A stretch of 64,000 bases of DNA from an uncultured Candidatus Rokubacteria bacterium (GCA_963754315.1 CAVWFS010000014.1:160001-224000), one strand, 5' to 3'; numbered from the stretch's first letter, positions 9,759-19,138 are shown. Numbers and translations are program-made. The notes: a model not told the origin generated them from the sequence alone.

Positions 9759-9897
9759 AGCGCCTGATCCGCCTGCGGGCGGATGACGAGGCAGGGACCG
9801 ATCGAACAATTCGGCGGATGGTCCCTCGGCGGGCACGGCCGTGATGGGGGGAGCAAACCAGCGTGGTGACACGCTGACAAAGGCCACCCAGAGTGCC
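9759..9897 (+). ncRNA. glmS ribozyme (GlcN6P-activated self-cleaving riboswitch)
   Basis: A^GCGCC 9759-9764; P1 ATCCGCC/GGCGGAT; GACGAGG 9785-9791; P2 AGGGACC/GGTCCCT; ATCGA and TCGGCGGAT core; P3 CGGC/GCCG; CAAAC-CAGCGTG-GTGA-CACGCTG-ACAAAG P4.1; P3.1 GGCAC/GTGCC; directly upstream of glmS. Confidence 0.93.
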
Positions 9898-10052
9898 GGC
9901 GAGTCACTTCGGCTCGTCACCTCACTCCCTTTCCCTTGCGATGTCCGTGGCAGGTGACTGCCCACGGATGCCGTGCGCTCTCGAGCCGCAGGGCTGGCCT
10001 GACGGCAGCGCCGGACCGCGCGTACCTGGCCCCGGCCAGGAGGGATCATCAC

Positions 10053-10972
10053 ATGTGCGGGATCTTCGGCTACGCAGGGATCAGAAGGGACGCGGCAGAC
10101 ATCGTGCTCTCGGCGCTCAGGCTCCTCGAGTACCGAGGGTACGATTCGTGGGGCATCGCCGTCGTTCGCGAGGATGGGGTGGCCGTGGAGAAGCGAGTCG
10201 GGCGGTGCTGGCGCTGTCCCAGAGCGGCGAGACCATCGACGTCATCGATGCGGTTCACGCCGCGCGTCGGCGAGGGGCGCGGATCGCCGCGCTCGTCAAC
10301 GTCGCGGGCTCGACCCTCTGGCGCCTGGCCGAATGCGCGGTGCCGCTCGGGGCCGGCCCCGAGCGCTGCGTGCTGGCCACCAAGAGCTTCACGGCCAAAC
10401 TCGCGGTCATGCTCCACGCGGCCTGCGCGCTGGCCGGCGAGGCCGAGGCGGGCGAATCGTTCGTCCATGCCGCCGCCGACGAGGTCGAGCGTCTGCTTGC
10501 CGATGACCGCCGCGCTCACATTCGCCGGATCGCCGCGCGTCTTCAGCGCCACGAACATCTCTTCGTCCTCGGGCGAGGGGTGAGCTATCCGCTCGCGCTG
10601 GAGGCAGCCCTCAAGATCAAGGAGGTCAGCTATCTGCACGCCGAAGGCTTCGCGGGAGGCGAGCTCAAGCATGGGGTAATCGCGCTGATCGAACCGGGTA
10701 CGCCTTGCTTGGTGTTGGCCCCGCACGACGAGACCGAGGCGGACATGCTGTCCGGGGCGATGGAGGTGAAAGCGCGGGGGGCGATGCTCATCGGTATCTC
10801 GCCCGAGCCGCATGAGATGTTCGACGAGCACATCGCGGTCGCCGATCTCGGTCCGGGCACCGCCATCGTCAGCACTGTGCCGGCCCAGCTCCTGGCGTAC
10901 GACCTGGCCCGTCTGCGCGGCCATGATCCGGACAAGCCGCGTAACCTGGCCAAGAGCGTCACCGTGAAATAG
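10053..10972 (+). pseudogene. glmS: Glutamine-fructose-6-phosphate aminotransferase with large internal deletion and frameshift
   Basis: MCGIFGY...LEYRGYDSWGIA...EKRVGR joins out of frame at ~10205 to VLALSQSGET...ATKSFT...ALKIKEVSYLHAEG...GELKHG...DKPRNLAKSVTVK; about 920 bp versus about 1830 bp expected. Confidence 0.88.
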
Positions 10973-11095
10973 GACCTCTGAACGATCGAGGCCCTGGCCT
11001 CGACGGTACACGGGCGTTCCACGGCCGGAGTGTGGCCTGAGCGTCTATACTGCGGGGTAGGTAGCCGGCCACAGCCGGCGCGGAGGGAACCCTAC

Positions 11096-12500
11096 ATGGC
11101 ACAGTCACTATTGGACAAGGTCTGGGAGGCGCACACGGTGCGGATTCTCCCGTCGGGACAGACCCAGCTCCTGATCGGGTTGCACCTCATCCACGAGGTG
11201 ACCACCCCCCAGGCCTTCGACATGCTGAAAGACCTGAAAGTCAAGGTGCGAATGCCGGAGCGGACGTTCGGCACCCTGGATCACATCATCCCGACCACCT
11301 CGCAGGCGCGGCCCTACGCCGACCCGATGGCCGAAGAGATGGCCGTGCACATGATCCGCAACACCCGCGACTTCGGGCTTCCGCTGTTCGACCTCGACAG
11401 CGGCCGTCAGGGGATCGTGCACGTGATCGGGCCCGAGCTGGGCCTGAGCCAGCCCGGCATGACCATCGCCTGCGGCGATAGCCACACCTCGACCCACGGC
11501 GCCATGGGCGCCATTGCCTTCGGCATCGGGACCAGCCAGGTCCGCGACGTGCTCGCCACCCAGTGTCTGGCCATGGCCAAGCCCAAGCTCCGTCAGGTGC
11601 GCGTGGAGGGCACCTTGGCGCGAGGCGTGACGGCCAAGGATGTCATCCTCGCCATCATCCGCCAGCTCGGGGTGAAGGGCGGGGTCGGCTACGCCTACGA
11701 ATACGCCGGGCCCGTCATCGAGCGGATGACCATGGAGGAGCGCCTCACGCTCTGCAACATGAGCATCGAGGGTGGCGCGCGCTTCGGCTACGTGAACCCG
11801 GATCAGACCACGTTCGACTACGTTCGGGGGCGGCCCTCACGCGCCAAGCGGAGCGGCCTTCGATCGCGCGGTGACGTGGTGGAAGAGCATCGCCACCGAG
11901 GCGGGAGCCCGCTTCGATGACGTGGCGCGCGTCGACGGCTCCGCCATCGAGCCCGTCGTGACCTGGGGCATCAACCCCGGCATGTCGGTGAGCGTGAGCG
12001 AGCGCATCCCGAACCCCGACTCGGCGCCCGAGTCCGACCGCTCGACGTATCGCGAGGCGCTCGCGTTCATGGGATTCGAGGCCGGACAGCCTATCAAGGG
12101 CACGAAGATCGACGTCGCCTTCGTCGGCTCCTGCACCAACGGTCGATTGTCCGACCTGCGCGCGGCGGCCCAGGTGGCCAAGGGTCGCAAGGTGGCCCAG
12201 GGCGTGCGTGCGCTCATCGTCCCCGGCTCCCAGCAGGTGGCCAAGGCCGCAGAGGCGGAGGGGCTTCCCGAGATTTTCAAGGAGGCTGGATTCGAGTGGC
12301 GCCACGCGGGCTGCTCGATGTGTCTTGGCATGAACGACGACAAGCTCAAGGGCCGTGAGGTGTGCGCTTCCTCCAGCAACCGTAACTTCATCGGCCGCCA
12401 GGGCAGCCCGACCGGGCGGACATTGTTGATGAGCCCGGCGATGGTGGTGGCGGCCGCCATCAGCGGCGCCGTCGCCGACGTGAGGGAGATCCTCCGATGA
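11096..12500 (+). CDS. leuC: 3-isopropylmalate dehydratase large subunit (or related hydratase); frameshift near 11836
   Basis: [73 protein letters not shown]. Confidence 0.92.
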
Positions 12501-13093
12501 GCACCGATCTGCGCCGCCAACAGGTCGTGGGGCGGGGCCTTCCCCTCCACGGCAACGACATCGACACCGACCGTGTCATCCCCGCGCGGTTCCTCAAGTC
12601 CGTCACCTTCGCTGGCCTTGGCGAGCACGCCTTCGAGGACGCCCGCAAGGTCGACCCCGAGCATCCGTTCAACCAGAAGGCCTACGAGGGTGCGTCCGTC
12701 ATGGTGGTCGGCCAGAATTTCGGCTGTGGCTCCTCGCGCGAGCACGCTCCTCAGGCCCTGCTCGACTGGGGCATCAAGGCCCTGGTGGGCGGGTCGTTCG
12801 GCGAGATCTTCTTCGGCAACTGTGTCACGAACGGCATGCCATGCCTGGTGGCCTCGCCCGCCGACATCGACTGGCTGCAGCGGGAGGTGGGCCGGCGCCC
12901 GACCGAGCCGCTGACCGTCGACGTCGAGCGTCAGGAGGTACGCTTCGGCGGCCGGACGATCAAGGCGACCATCCCCGAGGGTTCCCGGAACATTCTCGTC
13001 GACGGTTCCTGGAACACGACGGGGGTGCTCCTCGAGGCCGGGAGCGCCATCGAGGCGACCGCGCGCCGCCTGCCGTACATCAAGGGGTTCTAG
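12497..13093 (+). CDS. leuD: 3-isopropylmalate dehydratase small subunit
   Basis: [43 protein letters not shown] overlap with leuC. Confidence 0.95.
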   Translation: MSTDLRRQQVVGRGLPLHGNDIDTDRVIPARFLKSVTFAGLGEHAFEDARKVDPEHPFNQKAYEGASVMVVGQNFGCGSSREHAPQALLDWGIKALVGGSFGEIFFGNCVTNGMPCLVASPADIDWLQREVGRRPTEPLTVDVERQEVRFGGRTIKATIPEGSRNILVDGSWNTTGVLLEAGSAIEATARRLPYIKGF

Positions 13094-13145
13094 CGCTGAC
13101 CACGCATGAACAGCCCCAGCTAGGGGGAGTCGCGAGGAGGGTGCC

Positions 13146-14228
13146 GTGACAAGTCACACGCTGACGACGGTCGAGAAGGACTTTCACCAGCGGATGCACG
13201 CGGCCGGGCTCTACGGGCTGTGGGAACTGGCCAGCCAGATGACGGGACACCCTGAGCCGCGCGCCGTCGCGCACCTGTGGCCCGCGTCGCTCCTGGCGGC
13301 GATGGTCCGGGAGGCAGGCGAGGTCGTGCCGGTCGGCGAGGAGCGCCGGGCGCTCCAGCTCTTCAACCCCGGACTCGACGGTCGGTGGGCAACGACGAAC
13401 ACCATGATTGCCGCCGTTCAGGTTCTGCTCCCAGGCGAAGTGGCCCGCGCGCACCGTCACACGCCGACGGCTATCCGCTTCATCATGGAAGGCACCGGCG
13501 CCTACACCTCGGTCGACGGTGAACGCGTCTACATGGCCCCCGGCGATCTCATCCTGACTCCGAGTTGGGCCTGGCACGATCACGGCAACGAGACGGACAA
13601 GCCCGTGGTGTGGATGGATGGCCTCGACATTCCCCTCGTGCAAGCCCTCAATGCGATGTTCTTCGAACTCTACGAGCAGCGCCAGATGCCGCTCTGCAAG
13701 CCGAACAACGGCTCCGCGCAGCTCTACGGGCAGGCCGGCCTCAGCCCGACCTGGGTGAAGGAGCACCCGGCGGCCTCGCCCCTGTTGCTTTACGCCTGGG
13801 AGACGACGTGGCCTGCGCTGAGGGCGTTACGCGATGCCGACGGTGATCAGCACGACGGCATCGCCCTGGAGTACACGAACCCGCAGACGGGCCGCTCGAT
13901 CTTGCCCACGATGGCCTGCTGGATCCAGATGCTCCGTCCGGGGGAGCGCTTGAAGGCGCATCGCCACACGGGCAGCGCCGTCTACTACGTCGTGCAGGGA
14001 ACAGGGGAAACAATCATCGATGGCCGCCGCTTCAGGTGGGGCAAGGGCGACATCCTCACCCTGCCGTCCTGGGCGCTGCACGAGCACGCCAACCCGTCCA
14101 CCCGTGAGCCGGCCGTTCTCTTCTCGATTCAGGATCGGCCCGTCCTGGAAGCTCTCGGCCTGTACCGCGAAGAGGCTCACGCGGACAACCAGGGCCACCA
14201 GGTGGTGACCTCGGACTTCCGGTCGTAG
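13146..14228 (+). CDS. Gentisate 1,2-dioxygenase-like bicupin
   Basis: ERRALQLFNPG, AHRHTPTAIRF, TPSWAWHDHGN, WMDGLDIP, YTNPQTG, AHRHTGSAVY. Confidence 0.88.
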   Translation: MTSHTLTTVEKDFHQRMHAAGLYGLWELASQMTGHPEPRAVAHLWPASLLAAMVREAGEVVPVGEERRALQLFNPGLDGRWATTNTMIAAVQVLLPGEVARAHRHTPTAIRFIMEGTGAYTSVDGERVYMAPGDLILTPSWAWHDHGNETDKPVVWMDGLDIPLVQALNAMFFELYEQRQMPLCKPNNGSAQLYGQAGLSPTWVKEHPAASPLLLYAWETTWPALRALRDADGDQHDGIALEYTNPQTGRSILPTMACWIQMLRPGERLKAHRHTGSAVYYVVQGTGETIIDGRRFRWGKGDILTLPSWALHEHANPSTREPAVLFSIQDRPVLEALGLYREEAHADNQGHQVVTSDFRS

Positions 14229-14237
14229 GGCCCTTCC

Positions 14238-14861
14238 GTGAAGGTCGATCCGGTGACGCTCGAGGGACGCTACGTACGCCTCGAGCCGCTGACGGCCGAC
14301 CACGTGCCCGCGCTGCTCCATGTCGCCACCGGACCCCGCGAGACCTTTGCCCTCACCAACGTCCCCTCCGACGAAGCCGCGATGCGCCAGTACGTGACGA
14401 CGGCCCTCGCCGAGCGGGAGGCCGGTCGAGCCTTGCCCTTCGCGACGGTGGATCGCAAGGCAAATCGGGTGGTCGGTTCGACCCGCTTCGGCAACATCGA
14501 GTTCTGGGCGTGGCCGCCGGGGAATCGCCACCAGCGCGGTGAGCACCTGCCGGATGTCGTGGAGATCGGCTGGACCTGGCTGGCCGGCTCGGCTCAGCGT
14601 AGCGGCATCAACACCGAGGCGAAGCTCCTGATGCTTGGCCACGCCTTCGAGCACTGGCGCGTGCACCGCGTGAGCCTGATGACCGACGCACGCAACAGCC
14701 GCTCGCGTGAGGCCATCCAACGTCTCGGGGCCCGTTTCGACGGTGTCCTGCGGGCGGCCAGGGTCGCCTCCGACGGCGGGATTCGCGACACGGCCGCCTA
14801 CTCCATCCTGGACAGCGAATGGCCGGCGGTGAAGACGGCGCTTCAGGCGCGCCTGCGCTGA
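14238..14861 (+). CDS. GNAT family N-acetyltransferase (RimL-like)
   Basis: LEGRYVRLEPL, VVGSTRF, EIGWTWL...QRSGINTEAKLLML, TDARNSRS, RDTAAYSILDSEW. Confidence 0.9.
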   Translation: MKVDPVTLEGRYVRLEPLTADHVPALLHVATGPRETFALTNVPSDEAAMRQYVTTALAEREAGRALPFATVDRKANRVVGSTRFGNIEFWAWPPGNRHQRGEHLPDVVEIGWTWLAGSAQRSGINTEAKLLMLGHAFEHWRVHRVSLMTDARNSRSREAIQRLGARFDGVLRAARVASDGGIRDTAAYSILDSEWPAVKTALQARLR

Positions 14862-16101
14862 GGCGTCCCCGTGCGGACCCATTCATCGCCGCAAGACGCG
14901 ACCACGCTCTCGCGGCCGCCGTGAGCTCAAGCGCGGATGCGCTGAACCCTCCCGCGCGGATCTCATTCACGGCGACGGGCAGCAGCGCCAGCACCCGCTC
15001 GACCTCGGCCTCGGTCGTTGGTGCTCCCAGGGTGAAGCGCAGCGCCGTGTGGGCCAGCTCGGGGCTGCGGCCAATCGCCAGCAGCACGTGTGAGGGTTCT
15101 TGCGACCCAGCATGGCAGGCCGAGCCGCTCGACGCATAGACACCTGCCCGCTCGAGCTCGAGCAACACGGTCTCGCCCTGCACATCGCCCAGGCAGACGT
15201 TCGCGTTGTTCGGCAAGCGACGGCTGCGGTCGCCGTTGAGAAGCGCACCCGGAAGCCGCGCCTGGATGCCCTCGATCAACCGATCGCGCAGCGCGGCCAG
15301 CCGGGTGCTGGTGGCGGGGCGGTGGCGCTCGACCAACTCCAGAGCAGCCCCGCAGGCGACCACGCCAGCCACGTTCTCCGTGCCCGCCCGGCGGCGTCCC
15401 TCCTGATCGCCCCCGTGGATCAAGGGCGCCACGGCGGTGTCTCGGCGCACGTAGAGCACCCCGACCCCCTTGGGAGCGTAGAACTTATGGGCGGAGAGCG
15501 AGAGCAGATCGACACCGAGCCGGTCGACGTTCAGGTCGAGGAAGCCGGCCGCCTGCACGGCGTCGGTGTGGACCAGGGCACCGCGTTCCCGCGCCAATCG
15601 CGCGATCTCGGCGATCGGCTGAATGGTCCCGATCTCGTTGTTGGCGAGCATGACGCTGACGAGAAACGTATCGGGGCGGATGGCGGCCGCCACGGCTGCC
15701 GGCTCGACGATCCCGCGGCCATCGACCGGCACATAGGTGACCTCGACTCCGAAGTGCGCACGGAGATCGCCGGCGGCGCCGAGCACGGCGCTGTGCTCGA
15801 TGGTCGTGGTGACCAGGTGCCGCTTACCCGACCGGGCCAGGGCCGCACCCTTGAGGGCCAAGTTGTCGCTCTCGGAGCCGCCGCTGGTGAACACCACCTC
15901 GTCCGTGTGGCAGCCGAGCACGCCGGCCACCTGGGCGCGGGCCCGGGCGCACGCGTCGGCGGCCCGTCGGCCGAGCGCGTAGAGGTTCGACGGATTGCCG
16001 AATTCGCCGCGCAAATAGGGTTCCATGGCCTGGAGCACCCCCGGATGCACGGGGGTCGTCGACGCGTAGTCGAGATAGATCGGGCGATCTGGTGCCGTCA
16101 T
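14608..16101 (-). CDS. Cysteine desulfurase, group I (IscS/NifS-like); true C-terminus probably near 14900-14950
   Basis: IYLDYASTTP, GNPSN, FTSGGSESDN, ANNEIG, HTDAVQ, SAHKFYAPKG, SSGSACHA; ATGA overlap with nadC stop; computed tail overlaps the GNAT gene. Confidence 0.9.
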   Translation of the reverse strand: MTAPDRPIYLDYASTTPVHPGVLQAMEPYLRGEFGNPSNLYALGRRAADACARARAQVAGVLGCHTDEVVFTSGGSESDNLALKGAALARSGKRHLVTTTIEHSAVLGAAGDLRAHFGVEVTYVPVDGRGIVEPAAVAAAIRPDTFLVSVMLANNEIGTIQPIAEIARLARERGALVHTDAVQAAGFLDLNVDRLGVDLLSLSAHKFYAPKGVGVLYVRRDTAVAPLIHGGDQEGRRRAGTENVAGVVACGAALELVERHRPATSTRLAALRDRLIEGIQARLPGALLNGDRSRRLPNNANVCLGDVQGETVLLELERAGVYASSGSACHAGSQEPSHVLLAIGRSPELAHTALRFTLGAPTTEAEVERVLALLPVAVNEIRAGGFSASALELTAAARAWSRLAAMNGSARGRLSAGAPEAPSSPPAIRCPGWSRRPCRESRRRRRPWPPAGHRRNGPRDVGWPHASGCCVRRSSGSRGARASARRRGQASGASPRC

Positions 16102-18245
16102 GCTGGGGCTTCGATCTCGAGGCTCAAATCCAGGGCCTTCGCCGAATGAGTGAGGGCGCCCGATGAAATCAGATCGACACCCGTCTCGGCACGCTCGCGG
16201 ACGGTCTCCAGGGTGACGTTGCCAGAGCACTCGGTGAGGGCTCGCCCTCCGATCCGGCGGACGGCTTCCCGCATGTCCTCGTTCGACATGTTGTCGAGCA
16301 GGATGACGTCCGCCCCTCCGGCCAGGGCGGCGTCGATCTCGCCGAGGGAGGTCACCTCGACCTCGACCCGCATCGTGTGGGGAACGCGCCGCCGGATGGT
16401 GCGGACGGCCTCGGCCAGATCTCGGCCCTCCGCACGCAAGGCGGCCAGGTGATTGTCCTTTAGCAGGACGGCATCAGCCAGGTTGAAGCGATGGTTGTAG
16501 CCGCCGCCGACGCGCACCGCGTACTTTTCCAAGACCCGCAGCCCTGGCGTCGTCTTGCGGGTGTCGATCAGCTTGGTCGGCAGGCCGCTCAGACGCGCGA
16601 CAAAGGCCCGAGTGATGGTCGCGATGCCGCTCAGGCGCTGCACGAAGTTCAAGGCTGTCCGCTCGCCGGTCAGCAGCGCCCGTGTCGGTCCCTCGATGCG
16701 CGCCGCCACGTCGCCCTTGGCGAACGCGGCGCCATCGGGCAACAAGGCCTCGACCTTGACGGCGCCGTTGACCATGGCCAGCGTCTCGGCGAATACGAGG
16801 CCGCCACACAGCACGCCGTCCTGCTTGGCCAGCAGCACCGCCTGCGACCACTGATCGGCGGGAACGCTGTGCTCGGTCGTCACGTCGCCCCAGCCGATAT
16901 CCTCGTCGAGCGCCCGCTGAACAATGGCCCGCACCTGTCCAAGGGGTGGGTGGACGTGGCTCATCTCGGGCATGTGGCCATCCGTCCCGGGAAGTGAGAG
17001 CATGCGGTCGAGAGCTACCCGGGCGGCGGCCTTCACCCGCTCCGGCACCACGATCTCGTTCAGCACGTGGCCCCCGACCAGGGCCTCCAGGACCCACGCC
17101 AGGTAAGCCGGATGGATTCGATACATGGTCGAGCACGGACAGATCACGGGGTCGAGACAGAAGATGAGCTTGTCGGGATGGTCGGCCGCGAGCCGGTTGA
17201 CCATGTTGATCTCGGTGCCGACCGCCCATTGGCTGCCTGGCGACGCCGCCGAGATCGTCTCGAGGATGAATTCCGTCGATCCGTCCATGTCGGCGGCGTC
17301 CACAACCTCGCGCCGGCACTCCGGGTGCACGATGACGTTGATCCCGGGATACCGGTGGCGCGCCTCCTTGATCTGGCCCACCGTGAACCTTGCGTGGACC
17401 GAGCACCAGCCCCGCCAGAGAATCAGGCGAGCCTGCTCCAGGTCTGCCAGCGAATTTCCGCCGAGCGGTCTGCGCGGATCCCACCGCACCATGACGGCAT
17501 CGGAGAGGCCGAGCTTGACGCCGGTATTGCGGCCGAGGTGCTCGTCGGGGAAGAAGAGCACCCGCTCGCCCCGCTCGAAGGCCCACTGCAACACGCGCGT
17601 GGCGTTCGATGATGTACACACGATACCGCCGCGCTCCCCGCAGAATGCCTTGAGGGCGGCCGCCGAATTCATGTACGTCACCGGGATGACCTTGTCGAGC
17701 ACACCCGTTTCGCTCAGCTGTTTCCAGCAGGAGAGGACCTGGACCTCGTCGGCCATGTCGGCCATCGAGCAGCCGGCGGCCAGGTTGGGCAGGATCACCC
17801 GCTGGTGGTCGCCGGCCAGGATGTCGGCACTCTCCGCCATGAAGTGCACGCCGCAGAAGACGATGTAGTCGGCGTCGCGGCGGCTGGCCGCCTGCTGGGA
17901 GAGCTTGAACGAATCGCCGCGAAAATCCGCCCAGCGGATGATCTCGTCGCGCTGATAGTGATGCCCCAGTATCACGAGCCGAGCACCCAGATCGGCCTTG
18001 GCGCTGGCGATCCGATCGTCGAGTTCCTCTGCCGACATGTCTCGGTAACGCGCGGGAATCTCCGTCTGCAAGGGAGCCGACGTTGGGATCGCGTCCCACT
18101 GGCTGGCCCCAGCGCCGTAGACAGGCAGTCGTGGTTTGTCGGGGCTCGTGTCGTAGGCCCACGGGTCCCATTTGAGCTCGTCGCTACACAGCCCCTTCGC
18201 AGGCGTCGTCTTGACTTGCATCTCGATCGAGGATGAGGCCGTCAT
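16098..18245 (-). CDS. nadA-nadC: Quinolinate synthase NadA in frame with quinolinate phosphoribosyltransferase NadC (715 aa)
   Basis: NadA: LGHHYQRDE, GDSFKLS, FCGVHFMAE, AGCSMAD, YMNS, WCSVH, HPEC, CPCSTM. NadC from ~16964: ALDEDIGWGDVTT, ERTALN, DTRKTTPG, HRFNL, LKDNH, LLDNM, SSGALTH. RBS GGGAGGA before ATG 18245. Confidence 0.9.
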   Translation of the reverse strand: MTASSSIEMQVKTTPAKGLCSDELKWDPWAYDTSPDKPRLPVYGAGASQWDAIPTSAPLQTEIPARYRDMSAEELDDRIASAKADLGARLVILGHHYQRDEIIRWADFRGDSFKLSQQAASRRDADYIVFCGVHFMAESADILAGDHQRVILPNLAAGCSMADMADEVQVLSCWKQLSETGVLDKVIPVTYMNSAAALKAFCGERGGIVCTSSNATRVLQWAFERGERVLFFPDEHLGRNTGVKLGLSDAVMVRWDPRRPLGGNSLADLEQARLILWRGWCSVHARFTVGQIKEARHRYPGINVIVHPECRREVVDAADMDGSTEFILETISAASPGSQWAVGTEINMVNRLAADHPDKLIFCLDPVICPCSTMYRIHPAYLAWVLEALVGGHVLNEIVVPERVKAAARVALDRMLSLPGTDGHMPEMSHVHPPLGQVRAIVQRALDEDIGWGDVTTEHSVPADQWSQAVLLAKQDGVLCGGLVFAETLAMVNGAVKVEALLPDGAAFAKGDVAARIEGPTRALLTGERTALNFVQRLSGIATITRAFVARLSGLPTKLIDTRKTTPGLRVLEKYAVRVGGGYNHRFNLADAVLLKDNHLAALRAEGRDLAEAVRTIRRRVPHTMRVEVEVTSLGEIDAALAGGADVILLDNMSNEDMREAVRRIGGRALTECSGNVTLETVRERAETGVDLISSGALTHSAKALDLSLEIEAPA

Positions 18246-18270
18246 TGCATCGTCCTCCCGCCATCCATCG

Positions 18271-18291
18271 TTAGGGTCAGAATGACCTTTA
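18271..18291. promoter_or_regulatory. NrtR-type operator upstream of nadA
   Basis: TTAGGGTCAGAATGACCTTTA: 21-bp imperfect palindrome with GT-N7-AC core. Confidence 0.75.
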
Positions 18292-18327
18292 CTCGGAGTC
18301 ACCGCGAGGCGTGTCGTCGTCATGGTT

Positions 18328-19107
18328 CTAGGAGGTGACCGGCCTCCTGCCGGCCTCGCCGCGGCTGGATCGGAGAGTTCGTCGCGGCCGCAAGGTCTTG
18401 ATGAGACTGGTCGGGTCGCCGGCGCAGCGATAAAGGGCTGGTGGCCGGTGACGTCCGCCCGAGACGAGCCCGCCGGTGGGCACAATGGTGCCAGCCGCCT
18501 CCACCCGCCGACGGAAGTTCGTGGGATCGATACGGCGCCCCAGGATCACCTCGTAGACAGCCCGCAGCTGCGCCATGGTGAAGGCCGCGGGCAGGAACTG
18601 GAACGCCACGTGGGCGTACTCCACCTTGCTGCGCAGGCGGTGGAGGGCGTGGTGGAGGATTTCGTCATTGTCGAACGCCATGTCGGTCGGCAACTCGTCG
18701 ACCGGAAACCAGGCGGCCTCCATCGTCTTGCGACCGGGGGCGATCTCGGTGTCATCGGTGCGGACCAACGCGTAGTAGGCCACGACGGCCGCCTCCAACT
18801 GGCGCGCCTCGTCGCACAGCTCGAACGTGTAGAGCTGCTCTAGGTAGGAGGCCCGCAAGGCGGTCTTCTCGGCCAACTGCCGCCAGGCCGCCTCGTCGAG
18901 CGCCTCGTCTCCCCAGAGCTTGCCCCCGGGCAGCGACCAGTAGCCCGCGAACGGCTCGACCGCCCGCCGCACCAGCAACACCTGAAGGCGAGATTGTCCA
19001 GCCGCATCGGGACGGATGCTGAAGATCACGACTGCCACCACCACCGAGGCATGCACTCCGGTTGGGCGCGTTCTGGGCGGCGCAAGGACGTCAACCTGGG
19101 TCATCAT
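18328..19107 (-). CDS. nrtR: NrtR-family regulator (Nudix plus winged helix)
   Basis: LQVLLVRR...PFAGYWSLPGG, YLEQLYTF, AFDNDEI, FTMAQLRAVYEVILG...DPTNFRRR, HRPPALY. Confidence 0.92.
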   Translation of the reverse strand: MMTQVDVLAPPRTRPTGVHASVVVAVVIFSIRPDAAGQSRLQVLLVRRAVEPFAGYWSLPGGKLWGDEALDEAAWRQLAEKTALRASYLEQLYTFELCDEARQLEAAVVAYYALVRTDDTEIAPGRKTMEAAWFPVDELPTDMAFDNDEILHHALHRLRSKVEYAHVAFQFLPAAFTMAQLRAVYEVILGRRIDPTNFRRRVEAAGTIVPTGGLVSGGRHRPPALYRCAGDPTSLIKTLRPRRTLRSSRGEAGRRPVTS

Positions 19108-19117
19108 CGCTCTCAAG

Positions 19118-19138
19118 TTAAGGTTAGCACAACCATAA
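19118..19138. promoter_or_regulatory. NrtR-type operator upstream of nrtR
   Basis: TTAAGGTTAGCACAACCATAA: 21-bp imperfect palindrome with GT-N7-AC core, about 10 bp before the start codon. Confidence 0.7.

Noticed and set aside
11820..11870. Programmed frameshift in leuC
   Set aside because: No slippery heptamer; matches the window-wide pattern of single-base indels
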